From the NCBI RefSeq assembly GCF_006345805.1, contig NW_021825641.1:1-15400 (forward strand): 15,400 nucleotides of DNA, read 5' to 3'. The notes beneath the pieces were generated by a model that had not been told where the DNA came from, searched no databases, and saw only the letters and a list, made by a program, of their open reading frames with translations. Below are positions 1 to 8,237 of this stretch, one piece after another; position 1 is the first letter of the stretch; each line of letters starts with the position of its first letter. Both the position numbers and the translations under genes were made by a program. This DNA is from Octopus sinensis (taxonomy: Eukaryota).

Positions 1-124
1 ATACGCAGCAAACTCTCGTATGCAAATAGGTAAGATATACGGCACCGACAGTAGCTATAGTCGAAAGCTATGTTTGTGACGATGTCGGCGTCGATGGGAC
101 TCATTGCAAAATTCCGTGGTAGTC

Positions 125-133
125 GAGAGAGAG

Positions 134-215
<82 letters not shown>
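125..215. repeat. Compound (GA)n/(GATA)n microsatellite
   Basis: Directly visible: GA run, then GATA units, then a long GA run. Confidence 0.97.
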
Positions 216-410
216 TCGCCATTGTGCACTTGATGGTCATTGTATATTTGTGATGAGTGTCAGGTTAAATGAATTGCTGTGGCCACTAAATATAATCACA
301 TAACTATCCGTAGGAAGGATCAGAACCCTAGCTACAATGTCAAGTTGACCGAGAGCATTAAGGTTTCCGCCTCTAATTTCACGCGTTGGTCTTAAGGCTA
401 CTTTTGGAGC

Positions 411-798
411 TTACTCTTTTCCTCCTTTACTTGTTTCAGTCATTTGACTGTAGCCATGCTGGAGCAACGCCTTTTTTAGTCGAGCAAATTGCCCCCAGGG
501 CTTATTCTTTGTAAGCCTAGTACTTATTCTATCGGTCTCTTTTGCCGAACCGCTAAGTTACGGGGACCTGAACACACCAACATTGGTTGTCAAGCGATGC
601 TGGGAGAACAGACACAGACACATAAAGATATACACACGTACATATATGCATATATACGACGGGCTTCTTTCAGTTTCCGTCTACCAAATACACTCAGAAG
701 AATTTGGTCGGCCCGAGGCTATAGTAGAAGACACTTTCCCAAGGTGCCACGCAGTGGGAATGAACCCGGGACCATGTGGTTCGTAAGCAAGCTACTTA
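411..798 (-). mobile_element. tRNA-derived SINE, family A (CORE-like domain), near full length, A box truncated
   Basis: Reverse complement reads AGTAGCTTGCTTACGAACCACATGGTCCCGGGTTCATTCCCACTGCGTGGCACCTTGGGAAAGTG, with a B box and a CCTTGGGCAAGT-like core motif. It is colinear with the full copy at 10788-11165, including the internal TA/CA tract and the tail ending ACTGAAACAAGTAAA. Confidence 0.9.
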
Positions 799-928
799 AA
801 TTTCTTCCAACTTTTTGAAATATCTCAAATTTTCGCCAGATTATTTTTGAAAAAATATAGTTTTGATGTAGTTTTGTATACCGATAACGAAAATTGCATT
901 TATTTTATTTTCTAGAAATTGCTAATCT

Positions 929-1022
929 TTTCTACTCTAGGCACAGGGCCTGATATTTGAACTCAGTACGTAACAATTCGGAAGAAATGCTGCTAAGTAT
1001 TTTGATCGGCACGGTAACGATT
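929..1022 (-). mobile_element. SINE family B copy with a large internal deletion
   Basis: The tail segment TCTACTCTAGGCACAGGGCCTGA is joined directly to the head segment TTTGAACTCAG...GGTAACGATT. The middle present in the copies at 1047-1256 and 4426-4643 is missing. Confidence 0.75.
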
Positions 1023-1046
1023 AATCCCTATCCTCGTCGCCTTACC

Positions 1047-1256
1047 TTTCTGCTAAAGGTACAAGGCCTGAAATTTGGGGGGAGCGGGTAAGTCGATTGC
1101 ATTTACCCCAGGGCACAAATGGTACTTATTTTATCGACTCCGAAAGGATAAAAGTCAAAGACGACCTCGGCGGAATTTGAACTTAGAACGTAAAGATGGA
1201 CGAAATGCCGTTAAGGATTTTGCCCAGCATGTTAACGATTCGACCAGATTGCCGCC
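1047..1256 (-). mobile_element. tRNA-derived SINE, family B, near full length
   Basis: Reverse complement is colinear with the copy at 4426-4643: head, B box (TTTGAACT on +), GGTACTTATTTTATCGAC module and ACAAGGCCTGAAATTT tail. Confidence 0.88.
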
Positions 1257-1692
1257 TTTTTTCTAAGAATTAATAAAGAAGTTATATTTTTTGGAAAATA
1301 ATCTGACGAAAATTTGAAATACTTCCAGTGGTTGGAGGAAATTTAACAAGTTCCCCACTCTTCACTCGTGATATTGGAAAGATTGAGCTCAACATTACTC
1401 AGTTAATTACACTCCACTTCCGCCTTTGTTAGAATTTCAGAAAAAATTACCCATTATTTACCTATCATATCTATTTGCAACAAAAAGGAAGGAGTCACTT
1501 CCGTTCTTAATAGTGGTTGGAAAAGGTTTGTCTTTTCCTTACCCATTGGTACCTATTTGCAACAAAGAGGTCTGAGCCAACAAGATTTTAAAATCTTGAC
1601 TGAAGATGGACACAGCACAACTTCTGTGACGAAGTAAATAGTCCGTCGACCATGACCTGGCGATCACATACGAGATTTAAAAGTATGCATCT

Positions 1693-1707
1693 ACACACAC
1701 ACACGCA

Positions 1708-1753
<46 letters not shown>

Positions 1754-1766
1754 TCACACACACACA
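1693..1766. repeat. (AC)n microsatellite, interrupted
   Basis: Directly visible. Confidence 0.97.
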
Positions 1767-1784
1767 GAAGTACAAGTACGCATG

Positions 1785-1986
1785 CGTGTGTGTGATTTTG
1801 TGTTGTATTTATCCCTACCACTGCTTGTTTAGGTCTTCGTAACTTAGCGGCTTGGCAAAAAGAGACCAATAGATTAAGTACCAGGCTTAAGAATAAGTAC
1901 TGGAGTTAATTTGTTTGATTAAACACTTCAAGGTGGTGCTCCAGCATGGCTGCAGTTCAAAGACTGAAACACATAAAAACTAAGAG
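1785..1986 (+). mobile_element. SINE family A 3' half (tail only)
   Basis: CGTAACTTAGCGGCTTGGCAAAAAGAGACCAATAGATTAAGTACCAGGCTT...GGTGGTGCTCCAGCATGGCTGCAG...ACTGAAAC matches the tail of the copy at 10788-11165. Confidence 0.85.
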
Positions 1987-2119
1987 GAAAACTATTGCAA
2001 GACAAAAATACAAATTACAAATAATTATTGATAAAGACCCTTTTTTATAGAAATCGATGTCAATGATCAATATCTGGAAAAAAAAAAGAAAGAAAATTCT
2101 AATGATGTCGGAAGAATAC

Positions 2120-2278
2120 TTTGAAGCATTTTACATTCTGAGTTCAAATCCCGCCAAGAATGGTTTTCTTCCTTCTGGGGTCGATAAGATAGCGTACCAG
2201 TCATATGCTGTGTCGATGGTATCGCCTAGCACCGACAACCTTAAAATTGTTGGCGGCCTTGTGCGGAAATCAGAAATC
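2120..2278 (+). mobile_element. Diverged SINE family B copy
   Basis: TTCTGAGTTCAAATCCCGCC (B box), TTCCTTCTGGGGTCGATAAGATAGCGTACCAG and GGCCTTGTGC match family B landmarks. Confidence 0.75.
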
Positions 2279-2324
2279 AAGGTGATAATATACTCTGAAA
2301 TATTCCTTGCTTAAATAAATAAAT

Positions 2325-2626
2325 GGAGGCACAATGGCCCAGTGGGTAGGGTAGCGGACCCGCGGTCGGAGGATCGGTGTTTCGATTCCCAGACCGGGCG
2401 TTGTGTGTGTTTATTGAGCGAAAATACCTAAAGTTCCACGAGGCTCCGACAGGAGTTGGTGGCGACCCCTGTTGTACTCTTTCGCCACAACTTTCTCTCA
2501 CTCTCTCTTCCTGTTTCTTGAGTAACGCTGCGGTGGACCGGCGTCCCGTCCAGCTAGGGAGAACACATACGCCATACAAACTGGGAAGCCGGGCCCATGA
2601 GCCTGGCAAGGCTTGAAAAGGGCGCA
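2325..2626 (+). mobile_element. tRNA-derived SINE, family C (tail type 1), full length with target-site duplication
   Basis: A-box-like TGGCCCAGTGG and B-box-like GTTTCGATTCC are present. The element is flanked by TAAATAAATAAAT at 2312-2324 and 2627-2639 (low-complexity TSD). The head is homologous to 4713-5022 and 15274-15400. Confidence 0.9.
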
Positions 2627-2730
2627 TAAATAAATAAATGAAAATGAATGAATGAATGAATAAATTAACAAATAAATAAAAATATAGAGAGCGTGATCAT
2701 TGTTGGAACTCCTCTTTTAAACAAGGGTTC

Positions 2731-2954
2731 TGCTCGTTATGGGCTGACCTGGGGCTAAACCTGAACACCGAGAACAACAACACGAAGAACAGTAGCAAAA
2801 CCACAAAAGCACATTTAACCGTCAGTCGGTGAAGGACGCGTGGTTGCTCGTTATAGGCTGACCTGGGGCTAAACAAGAAGAACATCGAGGGCAGCAAGGA
2901 CAGTAGCAAGAATACAAAAGCACATTTAACCATCAGCCAGTGAAGGACACGTGT
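2731..2954 (+). repeat. Imperfect tandem duplication, 114-bp period, 2 units
   Basis: TGCTCGTTAT(G/A)GGCTGACCTGGGGCTAAAC starts at 2731 and 2845. Both units then share CAGTAGCAA..ACAAAAGCACATTTAACC(G/A)TCAG...GTGAAGGAC(G/A)CGTG. Confidence 0.9.
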
Positions 2955-3137
2955 TGTAAGGTCGTGAGTTCGATTCCAGGCGGCACGTTTTGTCCTTGAG
3001 AAAGACAACACTTCATTACACGTTGCTCAAGACCACTCAAATGACAAAAAGGGTGCTCAGCTAAAAGAGTGCTCAGCTAATTTGACGAGAAGGCTGTTCC
3101 GTTGATCGGGTCAACTGAAACCGACGGAGTACCAGTT
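2955..3137 (+). mobile_element. 5'-truncated, internally deleted tRNA/CORE-like SINE, family F
   Basis: B box GAGTTCGATTCC (2966-2977) is followed by TGTCCTTGAGAAAGACAACACTT, resembling the CORE motif. No A box is seen. Confidence 0.6.
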
Positions 3138-3203
3138 AGTTAACCGTCAGCCGATTATTCCATCGCACGGATCGCTTTTAAGAATATAAAGAAGCGCGTC
3201 CAC

Positions 3204-3963
3204 ACACACCCACACACCCACACACCCACACACCCACACACCCACACACCCACACACCCACACACCCACACACCCACACACCCACACACCCACACACCCA
3301 CACACCCACACACCCACACACCCACACACCCACACACCCACACACCCACACACCCACACACCCACACACCCACACACCCACACACCCACACACCCACACA
3401 CCCACACACCCACACACCCACACACCCACACACCCACACACCCACACACCCACACACCCACACACCCACACACCCACACACCCACACACCCACACACCCA
3501 CACACCCACACACCCACACACCCACACACCCACACACCCACACACCCACACACCCACACACCCACACACCCACACACCCACACACCCACACACCCACACA
3601 CCCACACACCCACACACCCACACACCCACACACCCACACACCCACACACCCACACACCCACACACCCACACACCCACACACCCACACACCCACACACCCA
3701 CACACCCACACACCCACACACCCACACACCCACACACCCACACACCCACACACCCACACACCCACACACCCACACACCCACACACCCACACACCCACACA
3801 CCCACACACCCACACACCCACACACCCACACACCCACACACCCACACACCCACACACCCACACACCCACACACCCACACACCCACACACCCACACACCCA
3901 CACACCCACACACCCACACACCCACACACCCACACACCCACACACCCACACACCCACACACCC
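3204..3963. repeat. Perfect octamer tandem array (ACACACCC)95
   Basis: 760 bp with no interruption visible; the complement is (GGGTGTGT)n. Confidence 0.98.
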
Positions 3964-4073
3964 AGTTTTACTTTAAACTGAAGGATTAATCAATAAGTTT
4001 TCTTGGGTAGAAATTTATTACTCTTTCACAAGGATAGTATTGGCAGTGACTTCGAAGGTTCGGAAAGCTAAGC

Positions 4074-4157
4074 ATGTGTGTATGTGCGTATGTGTGTGTG
4101 CGCGCGCACATAACTACATATGTACGCACGCACGCACACACACACACACACACACAG

Positions 4158-4198
<41 letters not shown>

Positions 4199-4213
4199 TA
4201 CACACACGCACAC
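4074..4213. repeat. Compound TG/CG/AC microsatellite
   Basis: Directly visible alternating purine-pyrimidine tract. Confidence 0.95.
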
Positions 4214-4229
4214 TTACAATGGATTCAAG

Positions 4230-4353
4230 TTTTAGTATAAGGCCAGCAATTTCAGGGAAGGGGCTAAGTCGATTGCATCGACCCCGGTTCACAACTGGTA
4301 CTTATTTAATCAACCACGAAAGGATGAAAGGCAAGTTCGAGCTCAGCGGAATT
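4230..4353 (-). mobile_element. SINE family B fragment (3' part, broken at the B box)
   Basis: AGTCGATTGCATCGACCCCGG..CTGGTACTTATTTAATCAACC..GAAAGGATGAAAGGCAAG is the reverse complement of the family B body. Confidence 0.85.
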
Positions 4354-4420
4354 CTGAGTTCAAATTCTACCGTGGGCGATTTTGCCTTTTACCTTTTTGG
4401 GGTCAATAAAATAAGTACCA
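4352..4420 (+). mobile_element. SINE family B fragment (B box to mid-body)
   Basis: TTCTGAGTTCAAATTCTACC..TTTGCCTTTTACCTTTTTGGGGTCAATAAAATAAGTACCA. Confidence 0.82.
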
Positions 4421-4425
4421 TTTAG

Positions 4426-4643
4426 AAGGTGGTGAGCTGGCAGAATCGTTAGCGCGCCGGGCAAAACGCGTAGCGGCATTTCGTCTGTCTTTACGTTCTG
4501 AGTTCAAATTCCGCCGAGGTCGACTTTGCCTTTCATCCTTGCGGGGTCGATAAATTAAGTGCCAGTTACGTACTGGGGTCGATCTAATCGACTTGCCCCA
4601 CCAAAATTTCGGGCCTTGTGCCTAGAGTAGAAAAGATTATTAC
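4426..4643 (+). mobile_element. tRNA-derived SINE, family B, full length
   Basis: A-box-like TGGCAGAATCG (4438-4448) and B box GAGTTCAAATT (4500-4510). The central GCCTTTCATCCTTGCGGGGTCGATAAATTAAGTGCCAG resembles, from memory, the Meta domain of MetaSINEs (unverified). The element ends in a short ATT tail. Confidence 0.9.
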
Positions 4644-4712
4644 CTCGTATATATACCTACATGATTGAAGCTGACTCATGATCAAGTACGACTCTCAGCT
4701 CATTCTATATAT

Positions 4713-5022
4713 CACATGATCGCATGACCGACCAGGCTATCAGATGTTGCTACAAATCGCTGGTCACAATGCGCTTCGCATTGTTTTAGAATTCAAATGA
4801 CGCTACCCCGCTGGCTAAGCGAGCAGGCCAACAGAAGAAAGAGTGAGAGAAAGTTGCGGCGAAAGAGTACAGCAGGGATCGCCACCACCTCCTGCCGGGG
4901 CCTCGTGGTGCTTTTAGGTGTTTTCGCTCAATAAACACACACAACACCCGGTCTGGGGATCGAAACCGTGATCCTACGACCGCGAGTTCGCTGCCCTAAC
5001 TACTGAGTCATTGCCCCTCCAC
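4713..5022 (-). mobile_element. tRNA-derived SINE, family C (tail type 2), full length with 12-bp target-site duplication
   Basis: The head (reverse complement TGGAGGGGCAATGACTCAGTAGTTAGGGCAGCGAACTCGCGGTCG..GTTTCGATCCCC) is homologous to the copy at 2325. It is flanked by CATTCTATATAT at 4701-4712 and 5023-5034. Confidence 0.92.
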
Positions 5023-5116
5023 CATTCTATATATATACATACATAAAGGTCCTTACATACATATATACGTACATACATAAAAATCCTTACATCATACATA
5101 CATACATTCATGCATA

Positions 5117-5330
5117 TGTGATCTCTTAAGCACCACCAGCTCAAATATTGTCTCCTCTGTCTTCCCTCCTTGGGATCTTTCCTTCTCCTTGTTTCCGACG
5201 AAGAGCTCCGCTCGAAACGTTAAGCCCTCCTTCCCTTCTTTCCTGAGCGTCAATAATACTTTAATTGTTCCACGTCCTGCGTTGCTGTGTTTTTTTCTCT
5301 TTTTTTCTGTGTTTTCTTGTTTGGATTAAC

Positions 5331-5332
<2 letters not shown>
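5117..5332 (+). mobile_element. Short non-autonomous Penelope-like (retrozyme-like) element fragment, boundaries approximate
   Basis: Pyrimidine-rich segment set between TACA microsatellites, carrying a hammerhead-like motif at 5191-5225. Confidence 0.5.
5191..5225 (+). ncRNA. Minimal type I hammerhead motif, one core substitution
   Basis: GTTT-CCGACGA-A-GAGC-TCC-GCTC-GAAA-CG-T-T-AAGC. Stem I is GTTT/AAGC (one wobble), stem II is GAGC/GCTC, and helix III is the palindrome ACGT. The core is CCGACGA instead of CUGANGA. Confidence 0.65.
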
Positions 5333-5362
<30 letters not shown>

Positions 5363-5387
5363 CATACATTACATACATACATACATA
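5333..5387. repeat. (TACA)n microsatellite
   Basis: Directly visible. Confidence 0.96.
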
Positions 5388-5664
5388 AATAACCTTGTAT
5401 TGTTATGCATAAGCACCATGTCAAACTGACACTTTGGGTAATGTTTGATAATTGAGTAACTCTGAAGTTGTTTACTGTTTCTTTTTTGGTTCTTAACATG
5501 TATATTTGCTTGTATTATTCGTGATGGAATGATTTTTTACATCCTTTGTGCATTCTTAAATCTTAACAGCATAATTAAAAGTTGACTGGCCTGCAAAGTT
5601 CGTTTTAGGTTTTTTATTTTTATATATTCTCCAATTTTTGTCGATCAGCTTTAAATTTGATATC

Positions 5665-5868
5665 TATATGTATACACACACAGACATATATATATATTCG
5701 TACCTACATACATACAAGCATATATACATACGCATATATATTTATGTATATTAAAATATATGTATATAAAGAAGTGCGTTATTGCACGTATGTGTATATA
5801 CAGATATATGCTAGAAAATACAGATACAAACTCAGAGAAGGCACCACACAAACACATATACATACTAC

Positions 5869-5919
<51 letters not shown>

Positions 5920-5953
5920 TACACACACACACACACACAACACACACACACAC

Positions 5954-5987
<34 letters not shown>

Positions 5988-6003
5988 TACATACATACAT
6001 ATT
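5665..6003. repeat. Compound TA/AC/TACA low-complexity tract
   Basis: Degenerate TA/CA tract, pure (TA)n at about 5874-5916, then (AC)n and TACA. Confidence 0.93.
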
Positions 6004-6513
6004 TATGTAAACTTGAAACGTGAAAACGATTAAGATCTCGTAAATTTATGAGAAACATGGCAATGGCACTAAGTAATATAATATATATACAGCTAGTCAG
6101 AATGATATCATATGCTATGAGATTACATGAGCTGCGTACCTTAGAGCTTGGAATTAACTACATAGAAATTTGAATTAGCGAGCAGGGTTCAATCCCTACA
6201 TATGCTAATATACTTGACTTATGTTCTTTATGCCCCGACGAAAGCCTTGAAAGTAACCGCTTACCCAAGTTTACTGACTGTACACGTTTTCTGCACAAAT
6301 TGTACATGATACATCACGACAATCTGCGTACATTTCGATCTTGTATTTGGTTTGAAATATACTTGATTTGAATTCGTGTGTTGAAATACTTCTTGTGGTA
6401 TCTCGGAAAGGTCATTATGCCAATAATAACACATACACGGTTTCAATTTTACTTCTTCATTTTTCGTCAGATGGTTTAACTTACCTAACTAATTAATTGA
6501 TTGCTTGATTACA

Positions 6514-7949
6514 GGTCAGCTAGAGAGGGATCTGGTTTGGTTCGGACCTCCAGATGGACAAAATCTGAGACGAAGTAACGAGCAGGATGCCTACTTTCAC
6601 CCAGAAATTGGCCGAGAGAAAGCTATCCCTGAAAGGTCGGGCAGAGGTGGCTAACGCGTATATCACGTCCGTCATCTATTATCATTTGACCGTCGTACCT
6701 TGTCTGGCGTATTATTCTGAAGCGTATACGCTTCCGCTTCTTGTGGAAGGGATGCATCCCAATGATGAGGTGGCCTATCTGCTGTCAGCACCCGCTGCGT
6801 GGTGGACTGAGCATGCAGTGGTTGATGCACAGACATGCGCTGAGGATACGGCATCTCCAGTGCTTCCTTAACGGTGAACAGGTGTGGTCGCCGTTCGCCA
6901 GACACCTATTTCCGCAGCTAGTTTCCTCAACGGAGTTGTAGTCCTGGGTAAAACAGAAACCGAGGGAGAGCTTTTGGAAAGTGGAATGACTTCAAGCGTT
7001 CACAGCCCTCAGCCAATCGGACAGTGCGATAGGTGGAACGTCCACTTTAGCTTTTTATTGAGGATTAGTTGGGCAAAAGTGCGATGACGTTCTTGGGGAG
7101 ACCTAAGGCGTCGAAAAAGATCAGCTAATTGTTCTTTTTCGGAGAACTTTCGGGCCGGGACCAATAGATAACTTCCAAAAATCTCTGGCCTGGGAGTGCT
7201 ACCGGGGAGCTTTGTCTGTCCGAGAGAAACTTTACAGGCACGTAAGTGCCGTCAGCCGAGCATGTTCGAGATGCGTACAGGACAACGAGACGATCCTCCA
7301 TTCACTCGTCCAGTGCCTGAGCATTGCTGACCTGTGGATTTATGTCGAACACTTGCTGCCGCGTGTGGAACGGATTCGGCTATCAACTGAATCCATCATG
7401 AAGATCACCCCACTGCCTTCCTTTAACAGGGAAAGAAAGGCTGATTTTATATGCCTGGTCGCCATGGTGAAAGAAGTTGTGTGGTGGACGAGATTAAAGA
7501 GACTGAAAACAAACACTTTTCTCTTTGGTCAGTCCCTGATAAACTTCTTAAAGTTTCACATGAAAAGGAAGATAAGAATAGAGAGGGAAGTGCTGTCTTC
7601 TAGTCAGTTTGCCGAAAGGTGGATGAAAGTGGCGAGAATGGTACAAGTGAACGGGCCTGCCCTGAGCATACGCCTGTAGTTAGAAAGAGGAAAGGAAGCG
7701 AAAAAAAAAAAGAGACACCGGCCCCAAAAGTCAAGGTACTCATGGGTTTTACGGGATTTTTCCATGAGCAGCCCTCGAACATCTTCCTATTGAGGATTAC
7801 ACATTGTTGATCTTCCTTTTTTTAATTATATTAGTCTTGTTTACACGCAAAACCCTCAAAACTACACACTCACACACATTACTTTTGTTTCTTTTTCTGT
7901 GCTGTCCATAATGTTTTCTTCATGTAAACCCGTGTGGCTAATAAAGAAA

Positions 7950-7950
<1 letters not shown>
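6514..7950 (+). mobile_element. 5'-truncated L1/Tx1-clade non-LTR retrotransposon (ORF2 3' part plus 3' UTR)
   Basis: Interrupted frames give GIWFGSDLQ..AERKLSLKGRAEVANAYI..YHLTVVPC, then WKG..CQHPLRGGLSM, then W..YRGALSVREKLYRH..CSRC..ETILHSLVQC (zf-RVT-type CCHC). AATAAA lies at 7940-7945, just before an (ATT)n tail. Confidence 0.88.
6530..7679 (+). pseudogene. Decayed LINE ORF2 C-terminal region (post-RT thumb region and zinc knuckle)
   Basis: ORFs 6587-6871, 6741-6941 and 7212-7679 are pieces of one frameshifted reading frame with in-frame stops. The C-x2-C-x8-H-x4-C motif is CSRCVQDNETILHSLVQC. Confidence 0.85.
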
Positions 7951-7951
<1 letters not shown>

Positions 7952-7990
<39 letters not shown>

Positions 7991-8009
7991 AATAATAATA
8001 ATAATAATA

Positions 8010-8047
<38 letters not shown>
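7952..8047. repeat. Palindromic (ATT)12-(AAT)n microsatellite
   Basis: ATT units at 7952-7987 switch to AAT units at 7988. Confidence 0.96.
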
Positions 8048-8237
8048 GGCACAAGGTCTGGAATTTGATGGGAGGAGGACTAGTCGATTGCATTGATCCC
8101 AGTGATTCACTAGTACTTAGTATATAGATCCTGATATTATGAAAGGCAAAATCGACCTCGACGGAATTTGAACTCAGAACATAAAGACAGACGAAATGCC
8201 GCTGAGCATTTTGCCCGGCGTGCTAACGATTATACCA
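8048..8237 (-). mobile_element. SINE family B copy
   Basis: GGCACAAGGTCTGGAATTT tail, TAGTCGATTGCATTGATCCCAG, GAAAGGCAAAATCGACCTCGACGGAATTTGAACTCAGAAC and GCATTTTGCCCGGCGTGCTAACGATT match the reverse complement of 4426-4643. Confidence 0.88.

Noticed and set aside
489-818. ORFs 489-818 and 583-786, similar to ORFs 11888-12223, 11514-12089 and 13985-14185
   Set aside because: The similarity comes from shared SINE family A sequence, not from paralogous genes.
1303-1328. CTGACGA-AAATTT-GAAA hammerhead-like string (similar CTGA(C/T)GA hits on the minus strand near 6466 and 14460)
   Set aside because: None can form both stem I and stem II, so these are chance core matches.
2325-2400. tRNA-like sequences (also 4426-4515, 10788-10855, 15274-15345)
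   Set aside because: They have A and B boxes but no clean acceptor stem or cloverleaf, and they continue into repeat bodies, so they are SINE heads rather than tRNA genes.
2731-2954. CRISPR-like repeat-spacer pattern
   Set aside because: Only two units in a eukaryotic repeat context, the intervening sequences are homologous, and there are no cas genes.
3147-3961. Three 259-270 aa ORFs (VWVCGCVG repeats)
   Set aside because: They are translations of the stop-free octamer array, open in all three minus frames, with no coding signal.
3204-3963. Telomere or yeast contamination
   Set aside because: The array is internal, strictly periodic unlike irregular yeast TG1-3, and flanked on both sides by the same animal SINE families.
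6184-6260. B-box-like GGGTTCAATCC followed by CCGACGA-AAGCCTT-GAAA, a possible fourth hammerhead
   Set aside because: Stem II is only 2-3 bp, the core has U4 to C, there is no UH at the cleavage position, and no stem I pairing.
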